Part shown: positions 41,201 through 52,771 of the stretch, piece after piece
Position numbering within the stretch: position 1 is the first letter of the stretch
Layout of the letters: each line of letters opens with the position of its first letter
Origin: Paecilomyces variotii
Lineage: Eukaryota
Assembly (NCBI GenBank): GCA_004022145.1
Contig: RCNU01000002.1
Direction: 5' to 3' (one strand)
Length of the DNA stretch: 64,000 bases
Translations under genes and position numbers: made by a program
Notes under the pieces: generated by a model
Database searches by the model: none
What the model was told of the DNA's origin: nothing
What the model saw: the letters and a program-made list of their open reading frames with translations, nothing else

Positions 41201-44200
41201 CGACTCTATTGCACGGAGCCAGGGATTCCCGTCGATCGTGCCCTTGATTGATGGAAGCGTTCCGGTCGAGGAGATGAGCCCAGTTGTTACCCAGCTTGGC
41301 ACAACTTGTTTGCAGATGGCCATGACTAGATACTGGATGTCATTGGGAGTGAAGCCCGCCTTTGTGCTTGGTCACAGTCTAGGAAACTATGCTGCGCTCA
41401 ATGCTGCCGGAGTGTTAACAACTAGCGACACAATATACCTAAGTGGTCGTCGCGCGCAGTTGCTCCAAGAGAAGTGTCAGGTCGGAACTCACTCAATGCT
41501 TGCTATCAAAGCAAACCTTGCACAGATCAAGCCATTCCTTGACGATGATGCTTATGAAGTAGCTTGCATCAATGCTCCAGGAGAGACCGTCATCAGCGGT
41601 CTGAGCGCCAATATCGACGTTCTGTCTGAGAAGCTGACTGCGGAGGGGCTGAAGTCAACCAAGCTGAGAGTGCCATACGCGTTCCACTCTGCTCAAGTGG
41701 AGCCCATCCTAGAGAGCTTGGGAGAGGTCGCGCAAGGTGTTACTTTCCACAAGCCTTCAATTCCAGTCGTTTCGGCTCTACTTGGCGAAGTGATCAACGA
41801 AGATAACTGGGATGCATTAGGTCCCCGTTATCTGCAGAGGCACTGCAGAGAGACTGTGAACTTACTTGCTGCGTTGGAAGCCACCAGACACGCAAAACTC
41901 ATGAATGAGAAGACCATCTGGATCGAGGTAGGATCTCACCCTATCTGCTCTGGAATGATCAAGGGAACACTTGGTCCCCAGGCGAACACCGTCGCATCCC
42001 TACGCCGGAATGAGGATACTTGGAAGGTCCTCTGCAACAGCCTTTCCGCCATCTACCTTGCTGGAGTGGATATTCAGTGGAAGGAGTACCATGGGGACTT
42101 CACTTCCAGCCATCAGGTTCTCCAGCTTCCTGCTTATAGTTGGGATAACAAGAACTACTATATCCCATACAACAACAATTTCTGTCTTACAAAGGGTGAT
42201 CCTACGGTCGCAAAGATTGAAGCGGCACCAACCAGCCAGTTTCATACAACCTCTGTCCAGAAAATTGTGGAGACTCGAGATGAGGGTTCTAAGGCTGTTG
42301 TGGTCATGGAATCCGACCTTTCTGACCCTCTCTTGAACCCCGTCATTCAAGGGCACAAGGTCAACGGGGCCGCTCTGTGTCCCTCGGTACGTATACCACC
42401 TTTACACGTAAAGTGTGACTATTGGTGCTGATAACTGCTTTTAGTCTCTCTACGCTGATATCGCCCAGACCCTTGGCGAGTATTTGATCGAGAACTATAA
42501 TCCCGCATTGAGGGGATCAGGACTTGACGTTTGTGACATGACGGTGCCAAAGCCTCTGATCGCCAAGAACTCTGGCCCACAACTATTCCGTGCTATGGCC
42601 ACGGCAGACTGGGAAGAGAGGAAAGCTAATATCCAGATATATTCTGTGAAATCCGATGGTAAGAAGATTATGGATCACGCATCATGTCTCGTCAAATTCT
42701 CCGACACCCATCTCTGGGAAGCGGACTGGAAACGCCATTCATACCTCATCAAAAGGAGTATTGAACGACTCCAGAAAAGTGTCGAAGAAGGTCAGAGTCA
42801 CAGAATGCATCGCGGTATGTTCTATAAGCTGTTCAGTGCTCTAGTCGACTATGGCGACAATTACAAGTCCGTTGAGGAGGTTGTCCTGGATAGCGAGGAG
42901 TACGAGGCTACCGCTCGCGTTAAATTCCAAGCGAAGAGTGGGAACTTCCATCGCAACCCTCTCTGGATTGATAGCATCGGCCATTTGACAGGATTTGTTA
43001 TGAACGCCAACGATGCTACGGACTCTCAAAGTCAGGTGTACGTGAACCACGGATGGGATTTCATGCGCTGTCTCAAGAAGTTCTCGCCGGACACGACATA
43101 TAGAACATATGTGAAGATGCAGCCTTGGCAGGGCACTATCTACGCTGGAGACGTTTATGCCTTCGACGGAGATGAGATCGTTGCGGTTTACGGCGGCGTG
43201 AAAGTATGTTTTTCCTTGTACATTCTCTTGGGCACGGAGAAACTGACTTCAAATTAGTTCCAAGGGGTTCCGCGACAGGTGCTGAACACTGTCCTCCCAC
43301 CTGCTGGGGGGTCTAAGGCCGCTCCAAGAACAACTGCAAGAGCTGTTCCGCCTCCCCCGATCAATGTCGAGAAGCCGAAATCCTCAGTTGAGGCCAAGGC
43401 AGTCTCAAAAGCTGTTCCTGGCGACCCTGTAAAGTCAGCAGGACCAAGCGTGCTTGTTCAGGCCTTGAAGATCCTGGCAGAGGAGATAGGTGTATCTGAG
43501 GCGGAGCTATCGGATGACCTTGTATTCGCCGATTACGGCGTTGATTCTCTTCTGTCATTGACAATAACAGGCAAATTCAGGGAGGAGCTGAACATGGACT
43601 TGGAATCATCGACATTTATTGACCATCCGACTGTCAAGGACCTTAAACAGCTTTTGTCCCAAGCAAGTCCATCTGACAGCAGCGATTCCTCTGAAGAATC
43701 GCACTACTCCTTCCGTGATTCCTCCTCAACGGAGCCATCGACTCCCGGTACTCCAGCATTCTTCTCGCCCAAGAGAGGGAGTGTAGTCACTAATGTCGGG
43801 GAGAGTGAGACAATCAAGACTATTCGCTTGACGCTCTCCGAGGAGATTGGTGTATCTCCAGACGAAATCACGGGGGATGCTAATCTGGCTGAAATGGGCA
43901 TGGATTCGCTCCTTTCCCTGACAGTTCTCGGAAGATTGCGCGAAACTCTTGACATCGAGCTTCCTAGTGACTTCTTCATTGAAAATCCGACGATGGATGC
44001 CGTCGAGACTGCTCTTGATCTCAAGCCCAAGGCAGAACCTATTCCCTCCGAGCTTCCTGTGCCGATTCAAACCGCCGCGGGTGATGAAATAAACGGAGTT
44101 ATCAAGGCTAATTCAACTCATCCACCAGCTACTTCCATCCTGCTCCAGGGAAATCCTAAGAAGGCAACAAAGACACTGTTCCTTTTCCCCGATGGCTCTG

Positions 44201-44940
44201 GATCGGCTACTTCCTATGCCACCCTCCCTGCAGTTTCATCCGACGTCTGCGTATATGGACTTAATTGCCCATATATGAAGAACCCTGAGAACCTCAAGTG
44301 CGGCCTTGATGAGCTTACCATTCCATACGTGGCAGAAATTCGACGTCGGCAACCTAAAGGTCCTTATAGCTTTGGTGGATGGTCAGCTGGAGGGATCTGC
44401 GCATATGACGCTGCACGCTACCTCATCCTGGAGGAAGGCGAGAAGGTCGAACGTCTGCTTCTTCTTGACTCACCATTCCCTATCGGATTAGAGAAACTAC
44501 CTCCACGTCTGTATAGTTTCTTTAACACCATCGGCCTCTTCGGTGAAGGGAAAACACCACCTCCCAAGTGGTTGCTTCCTCATTTCCTTGCCTTTATCGA
44601 CTCCCTCGATGCCTATAACGCTGTCCCATTCCCATTTTCCGACCCCGAACTGGGCGAAAATATGCCAAAGACATATCTTATCTGGGCCAAGGATGGTGTC
44701 TGCGGTAAGCCGGGCGATCCACGACCAGATCCACCTACCGATGGCAGTAAGGACCCAAGGGAAATGCTTTGGCTGCTGAACGACCGAACTGATATGGGCC
44801 CTAATGGGTGGGACACACTTGTTGGACCAAATAATGTTGCTGCTATCGAGGCCATCGAGGGAGCTGATCACTTTACCATGATGAAGGGCGATAAGGCGGC
44901 GAAGCTCTCCGCCTTCATCGGAAGGGCAATGGCAAGCTGA
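38260..44940 (+). CDS. wA: Non-reducing iterative type I PKS, SAT-KS-AT-PT-ACP-ACP-TE/CLC; conidial pigment (YWA1-type) synthase of the wA/PksP/Alb1 class, 5 exons
   Basis: SAT VYLFGDQT and GLCTG; KS DTACSSS, EMHGTGT, NIGHAE; AT GHSLG and YAFHS; PT GHKVNG and WIDSIGH; two ACPs (GVDSLL, GMDSLL); TE GWSAGG and DHFTMM. Introns at about 38547-38617, 38910-38957, 42387-42444 and 43205-43257. Confidence 0.93.
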
Positions 44941-45365
44941 ACGAGAAAGTCGATGACGAGAGCCTTTTCCTTTTACTTTCCTTATTTGTTTCGGTTCCTA
45001 TCTCATACTCGGCGTTCCAGGCTCTAGTTTTTGCTTTCTATTTGCAGAATCGGAGTCGACGCATTTGGTTTTCACACTTTATATAACCGCCTCTTATTTT
45101 TTATCAAGGGCGAAATATCTAGCTATAGCTTTATAATAACAGTAATATAATGTCTCTATAATCATACCTGAATACAACCTCTCCAACAATATTCCACAGG
45201 GCCTCTCTACAGACAGTAAAACTCCAGCTGCCACCTTGCATGGTCCCGAGAGAACTGACTTAGCAGGTTAGAGCATCAGACTACTATGCCAAAAATGCCT
45301 CGACATATATAGGATGATCATAAAACATTTCTCAACACCAGCAAAGAACTTTCGAAAGAACGATC

Positions 45366-45413
45366 AAAAAAAAAAAAAAAAAAAAAAAAAAGAAAGAAAG
45401 AAAGAAAAAAAAA
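45366..45413. repeat. Poly(A) tract (about 25 nt) followed by (GAAA)n
   Basis: Seen directly downstream of the PKS 3' region. Confidence 0.9.
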
Positions 45414-46366
45414 GATTGACAACCTGTAAGGCTGCAGGCGCATCCTATATTGCTCTATAGAGACGTATAACACAAAAGATTCTGTGCCCGGGCTGGCTCC
45501 AGGGAATGTAAGCTGGATGGAGGCAACCATCCGACTAAAAAGACCACGCCCGGCGTTCGATAACCAGCACCGTAGGTACTTTATAGCCTAGCAGTCCCTA
45601 TCCTTAAGGAGGATCATGACACTCAGCAGCTTCCATGTAACAGGAGAGGCTGGGGTATGCGCACTTTTCTCGTGGCATTGGACGTATTGAGATCTAGAGG
45701 TGCATAGAAGGCGGTTGGCCCTCTCGCGCTGGTTCTTTGTTTCCTATTTAGGAAATATAGTTTCAAACAACACGTGAGACCCATACTGTATCTGGGAGTC
45801 AGTGGAATTGGAGGAACCAAGTGATTATTGGCGCCCTTACTAAAGCTTAAGATGACTCGGGTGAAGATTAATAGACGCTAACCAGCATGAAAGATAGGAT
45901 TTGTCAGTACTTATGCTCCAGTCGAACAACTCAGAGGTTGAAATATCCCGGTTGGAAATGCTGAAACTTAAGGAGCAGATAAATGGACGTTTAAGTAGTC
46001 CTTTTGGCGCAGTTACGGCTAGAAGGAAACAAGATGGGATACACTTATTCTAGTTCTGCTGGCACGGTATAGATAACATCCTGGAGTCGTCAATTTGTCC
46101 AGAGCGAGGCATGAAGGGGAGAGACATGCCAAAAGTCGATCTCAGAAGTACTAAAAAGACAGACGGGAGCAATGGATATGACTGAAGGTAAATGGATCAA
46201 CTCCTATACTCCACGAACTCAACAAACAAACGACTCATTGATGACGCCAAACTCAGATCATTGAAATAAACTGTCCATTCTTTAATGGATCAAAAGCGCT
46301 GAAAACATTCTGCCCGCAGTTGATCGGAGATTGCCCTCCTCCAACATGGATGAAGTAGAAAGGATT

Positions 46367-49300
46367 CTAAGTAGACATTTCTGAGCTGAATCTAAGCGCA
46401 CTGCCTCTGCCTGTTGCGCCTGAGTTGTTAACGCCTGGGCTAGTAGGACGACTGTTCGTTGAGGCCCACTTAGGGCTTCGCGGTTGAGTGCTCGTAGAAC
46501 GCGTAGATGGGCGGTTTCTTTTAAGATCTCTAAGCTCATCTTCTTTCCTGCGTAGCAGCTCATCTCTTGATGCAAGAGTAGCTTCCAGCTCTTGCACTCG
46601 TGCGTAGTGCCTAGAGTCATCATTGCTCGTTTTAATTTCCTTGAGCTGTGCCGCATTCGCAGTTGCCTTCCGTTTGAGTTCTTCATTCTGTTCCTTAAGT
46701 TGACGTATCTCGAGACCGGACTGTGCAGCTGCTGTTGAAGCGTTCTGATATTGCTCTCGTGTATACTCAGATTGCTTCTTCTCGTAATCGGCCCTTCTTT
46801 CAAGGTTCGCATTCTCTTGTAAGAGACGGCGTACTTCTTCACGAGCAGCTTCAAGGTCAGCTTCGAGACCACCACCACTCTTTAACGCTTCTCTTGCAGC
46901 TTCTAGGTCATGCTTCAATTGCGTGCGCTCATCTTTCAACTTGCTAATCTCGTCACGCTGCCTTTCAAGTCTTTGCTCTAACTTGGTCACCGTCTCAGCC
47001 AAACGGTCTCGTTCCTGCCGCGTTTTATGAAGATCCTTGGTGCGTGACTCGTATCGGTGTTGCAAACCTGCCAACTCTATTGTCTTCTGCTTGTTTCCAG
47101 ATTGAGCTTCAGAAAGAGTTGCCCGAAGCTGCCGTAATTCAATAGCATGCGTGTTTTTCATCTGGATAAGACTCCTCTCCAAGGATTGTAAGTCATTGTC
47201 TAACGTCTGAGTTGGCTGCGCGGTAGAGTCTGATACCTGGCTGGTATCTTGGGATGCTAAGAACCGCTGTCTCTTTGTACTACGCGCATCTGGGTCATCG
47301 CCATCCTTTTCTATATTAGTCATTCTTGCTTTTAAAAGAATATCCTCTCAACACTCACAAGGACCCGTTTCTGTAGAGAACCCGCTGTCTGCATATACTG
47401 AACACTGGGATCAATAGCTTCCGGCCCTAAGGCAGAAGCAATTTCCGCTGGACTGAGAATCTGGAGCGGTTCAATCGTCGGCCAAGACCAGCTTGCGTTG
47501 AAATTGTCAGAAAGAAGATATGAAAGGAGTTCTTCCGCATCCTCGTGGACATTGAGGGCATCATCTTGAAGATCGCCCACTGTATCATGAAGGCGATAAA
47601 TATAATGTGCAAGAAGGCGAAGGCGCTGTAGTTCAGCGAGATTCGGTAAACAACGCTCAATATGCTCGCTGCTATTTGAAATAAGAAATCGAACAACAGG
47701 GAGTAGGTTTCCATTCCGGGCAAAGGTTGTCCGCAGGTGCTCTATAGAAGGGTTCTTTGCATTGAAGGACGAGTCGAGAGAGAAGATGGCAGTTGGGTTT
47801 CTGTAAAGCTCAATGACACCATCACTTTGCGCTGAGCGGATCCCGAAGCTCAGTGCTCCTTTGGTCATCGATATCTCGACATTAGTGCCACTGCCCATTT
47901 CTGAACGAGGTCGAGTATATTCAAATCCCTTTCCCAGGAGGTATCGCTCCACGAGATCTACAGTGTTTCCTTCTCGTACCATGAGAATAATGTGGAGCTC
48001 ATGACTTTCCGCCATCTCCACAAAGTAGCCTAGCAGTTGAAACTTGGAGCTCGAATACTCGGCCCAAGCAGCTTCCTTCTCTGGATCACTTGGTGAATCT
48101 TGAATGTGTTCAGCTATGTTCAAGTCGGGGTGTACTGTTGTGTTGTTTAGCTTCTCTACCACTCGGCGCATCTGAGATATCACTTGTTCTCGCTGTGAAA
48201 GTCAGAGACCAGACTACAACTGTCGATAGATTATCGGCTCACCTCATTGTTCCCAAGTATCGATTCAGATGTGAATAGAGAGTGGAAGTTTTTGATGACA
48301 TGTGACTCGTCGGTTAAGATTCGTTCATAGACGTCCTTCACCCTAGAATCCATAGGAAGAGTCATGGCGAATTCTGACGCCCCAAGTTGAACTGAGCCGG
48401 GAGGAGCCTCTTCCGCGGGAACGACAGTCAAATCGCTGGGCTGGATTGTCTGCATCAGAGGGCCCTCATGGTATTCAGGGAGTGCAGCTCCAGCGTACGT
48501 TTGTCCGGGCTGGTCATGTAGATCGGCTGGTGCCGCATGTGAAGTCGGTTCCTTATCCACTCGAATACTAAGAGGAGACGTAGTTTCGGGTGCTGATGCT
48601 GCTGCGGGTTCAATGTCCCCGGCAGACGACGGAGTGGCACTAGCACTGACGCTTCGCAAAGTTCGAGGGGGAAAATCGGCCTGCAGTTGAGCATACAGGC
48701 TCCTCAGTTTTTCCCTCGGGGTAGAGCCAGGAACATGGTCGTATCTCTCGGGGACACCGGATTTTGGCGCCCTGCTGCTATCCGGGCTGTTCTCCATGAT
48801 GGCGGAATTCTTTTCGTAATAACTGTAAAGAGTTGGGAATAACGGCGTGATCCTACGACAAAGGATAGGTTCAGTCCTAGGGTTTGAGTCCTGGGTATGT
48901 CTCACGGAGACAGAAAGCGTGCGCTGGCTAAGATTGTGTAGCCCGTAGCCTGTTTGAGATCTGACAGGGTTCTGGTTAGAATCAAATACGGTCTCCGGAA
49001 TTGAACTTATTTGAGACTGTGTTGACTTTTTGGCCTGGGTAGATGGCGTTTCGACCCGCACTGGAAGGGCTTCAGGAATGGATTGCGTCTCAGCTATCTC
49101 ATCCGCTTGGATTGTTGTAGTCTGGAAGTAATAGACGTCTCGCAAAGACCGGCAGTATTGGTTAACGATACGATCATGAGATGAACCTATCGACCCAGAT
49201 ATTGCACTCGAAGACGATATATGAGTCCCAGTGACAAGCGAGCTTTGTGTGCTGTTAACGCTAGACTTCTGTAGAGCGCCTAAAGTCTGCAATGTCGCAC

Positions 49301-49969
49301 CAATTGAACGCAGAGGAGTATTTTCCACAGATGATGTGCCAGTTGTTGATGGTGGATTTGAGCTTTCAAGAGAAGCACTTCCCTGTATGATGTGGTGTTC
49401 TCCTGTCGTCTTATGCGTGCTTTCCGTACTCTGCGTCTCCGGTACCGTCTTGCCAGGTAAAAAAAGCGGCGATGGCGATTGAGAATTGGATCTTTCTGGC
49501 TCCGCTGAGCTCTGCTGAGAGCTGCCAACGCTGTGAGCTGACTGTCTCCTTTTCCCTCTGTACAGTCTTCGCCGTCTCCTCGACTGAATGTCTACCTTCT
49601 TTTTCTCTTCCCAGGCTTCTATTGCAGCGTCGTTAGCACACTCTTTCGGTTCCTATTGTACAATTGTTAGTATTGCACTTTAGCAGATAGAAGGTTGGAA
49701 AGAGTATATATATGTCATTGAGATTGCGGGCACTCGGAATGCTGATATGCAGAATTGGAACGCAAACATACCCAAGTCGGCGAATACGGTCCCTTCCAGT
49801 CAATGAGATATCTCGTTCGCGTCTCGTCGAGGATGCAATTAATAGGGTATTCTTCGTCTCCAATATCAACTATCTGACTGTCTGTACCGGAAGTAAATGA
49901 GTCTTGCGTAGTAGGACAGTGGCTAGTTATAGTAGACAATGTACTCGATTGCTTCCCTCGGCGCGCCAT
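46367..49969 (-). CDS. Chromo-like domain + HDA2/3 (class II HDAC complex subunit, Ccq1-like) domain + C-terminal coiled coil protein. Exons about 49969-49772, 49652-48243, 48175-47359, 47305-46367
   Basis: Splicing builds EEYPINCILDETRTRYLIDWKGPYSPTW|EPKECANDAAIEAWE (chromo-like). Middle region EFAMTLPM...HPDL...SSSKFQLLGYF...SSEHIERC resembles HDA2-3. The last exon is a heptad coiled coil. Confidence 0.75.
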
Positions 49970-50460
49970 TACCTATGCGCGTCGGGCCAGAGTTGCGAAA
50001 GTTGCACAGTCCATGACGAAAGGATTATTGATTTTGGATGGGTAGGATGCAGAAAGGGACCTACAGATCGTCCAGTAAGTTCTGTCAGTAGAAAGTGAGC
50101 AAGAAGCTCTCAATCATGCCGGTAATTAGAACGGTAAGTTGAATTGGCCGGAGACGTGACGGACGCGGCGGTTGACCGCCCGCACGTGATAAGGAGCCCT
50201 TATCGAAACCATTATCAGACTAGCTACCATTGAAGCATGTTTCTCAAGATGTCATAGATGGTCACTTCATACAAATTAAAAGTGTACTGTCTAGAATTTT
50301 CTGGTATACGATCTTTCTCCATATACAGTCTCGCAAGTTGAGTGTGTTGATCTGTCTAGGCAAAATGGTCTGGTTCCACACCCCAGGTCCCTAGATGCAA
50401 TGCATTGTATCGCAGTCTCACCTACATTACCATCAAGCCCAATAATCACGCGTGTCATAG

Positions 50461-52000
50461 CTATGGCCCATTGTTCTCATGTTCTTTCTTCCATGCATCG
50501 AAGTCAAAGCCGATCTCCTCCAACGTCCGGATGGAGCGGCGCTCTTCTCCCTTGCTCTGGAAGGCCTTCTTGATCTCTGGGAAACGGTCCCGCATCCACA
50601 TTTCCTTTTCTCCCCATCTTGTTCCCAATTTACCCTTCCCCTCAGTACCTAGTTCCGATTCCGTTCTGGCCTTTCTTGCCCAGTCATACAGGAAGTTGAG
50701 ATATTCAGCATCCTTCGGAAAAGGTAGAACATGAAACGCTTTGCCGTCTCCCTTCTCTGCAACAACAGACTCCTCCCAAGCTTTCATCTCCGCCTTGGAC
50801 GGAAGAGTTAACTTTCCAGAGAAGACTCGTGCGAAGACAGCAGCCTGGTTTTCAGATAGGGGAAATGGTATGACCTTCTGGGGAAGGGTCGGAAACACTA
50901 ATGTAGGATTCTCAATATAGAACAACTGCTGGTAGATATTGAGAGTCCTACTGCCATCCCGAATCACCGGTGGCTGTAGGGATGATAAGAACGGAAAAGA
51001 ATAGAGATAACCCGTGCAAAAGACGATGGCGTCGATTCCATCCTCTATCCTTCCATCCTTGAATCGAACTGCACGCTCGTGAGCACTGGGTGACAGAAAC
51101 TCCACTATCTCGGGGTATTCGATCCTGTCGGCCGCAGGACCAGGTGAGAGATACGACTCCGACCGTGATGAGGCTAACAGAGGTCCTTTGCAGACCGAAG
51201 CGATCTGAGTCCCAATATCAATTCCAGATGCAGAATTGCCTACCACGATGACCTTTTCCCCCCTAAAAGCTTCCGGGGAATCATAAAATTTGGAGTGTGA
51301 GATGACCCCCGGGTAAGCTAGATTCCATGCCTCGATCCCCTCAATGGCAGGGACGTAAGGAACATTGTAGTGGCCGCTTGCAACCACAACGGCATCGTAT
51401 GGATCCGTCTCAACGCGTCCATTTTGCAATTCTTTCCTTGTCAGTATCCAAGAATTTCCCGGTCCAGTAGTGACATCGAGAACTTGTGTCTCGAAATGAA
51501 TTAGCTCCCTGATATCGTCGGCGTACTCATGAAGGTATTCCGTCACGGTCCGAAACGTCGGGAATAGCTGAGAATCCGCTGGAAACGGCTTATCGGAAAA
51601 CTGCATCAAATCCTTCGGAATGTTGGTTTCTAGTCTTTCATAGAGAGGTGATAGAAAAGTTGCTTCTTGGCCTTCTTTGCTATTTCGTTTCTGGTGCCAA
51701 ATGGGCTCTTCGACTGGCTGGCGTGGATCTAATTGCGGAACAGGGGTTGTAGCTCCAATTTTGTCGGTTCCAGGTGAATAGTTCCAGGTGCCTCCGGGTG
51801 TGCTTCGCTGCTCGAATACGTCGATCTTATCGAAGCTCTTCTCAGCGAGGAGATACCTGGATCAACTTCATTAGCAGGAGCAGATCGCGATATGCGATAT
51901 CAGCATAGGTGAGATTGATAGTTCCATACTTGGCCGCCGCAAGGCCGGCGGGCCCAGCGCCAATAATGGCTATATTCCGGATCTTTGAGATGGCAGTCAT
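50461..52000 (-). CDS. fmo1: Flavin-containing monooxygenase (thiol-specific Fmo1-like), 2 exons (intron about 51928-51857)
   Basis: IAIIGAGPAGLAAAK|YLLAE, GGTWNY, LYERLETNIP, ASGHY, FMO motif YPGVISHSKFY, NADPH motif GNSASG, FCTGY. Confidence 0.92.
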
Positions 52001-52771
52001 AATGACATTATTATAAGGGAGGATGTGAACAACAGGTGGCTGTGAAATGCGACTGTTCGGCCCTGAGGAAACCCCGCCGGTTTTATCTTATCAGACCATC
52101 GGACCCATCTTATGTGCCCTTGGCGCCACTTTGGAGGCAAGTTGCGCCATCCCGGCTCGTGTCCTGTACTCTGATCCGTAACATAAGTCAGTATCAACAC
52201 TCTACGAAGCTGCTGCGAGGTAAAACATGGAAAATATATGGACAATATGGTAGCTGCAGAATGTATCTCAGATGATCATCCTCTGCCAGAATCGCTTATA
52301 TTTACAGGACGCCGTATTGGCTATTTCTCAACAGTCCACATCTCCCTGCGTGGACTTATTGCAGTGGAGAATCTGTTCCATAAGTTTAATCACACTGTTG
52401 GGATAGTAGTAACTACAGAATATCATGTTTGATGCTGTCTACCTCCAACACGCCTGTCCTCGGCGTAAATACCGATTTATATATTACAGCCAAAGCCGGC
52501 GAGCCAAGCTTGAGCTCTACCTACGTATCGTACTGTACCGCCCGTAATAATACAGCCATCACCGACTCCGACACACGAGGTTCGTGATGCAACCAGGCAA
52601 ACCGTCAGACCTTCTTCTCAAATCCCACAACCTTCGCCATCATCGCTCATAGCCTCCTAGTCGTTTGCCTGAGAGCTGAACGCGCTCGACACGAGATATC
52701 ATGTCGTGATCTCGACAACGAAGCTTCCAAGATCGAACAATGCGCGCGACTTTTCCTTAGCGACCGCGATC

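Noticed and set aside
45366-45413. Poly(A) tract as a LINE/SINE tail
   Set aside because: No RT remnant, Pol III boxes or target-site duplication seen nearby; treated as a simple repeat.
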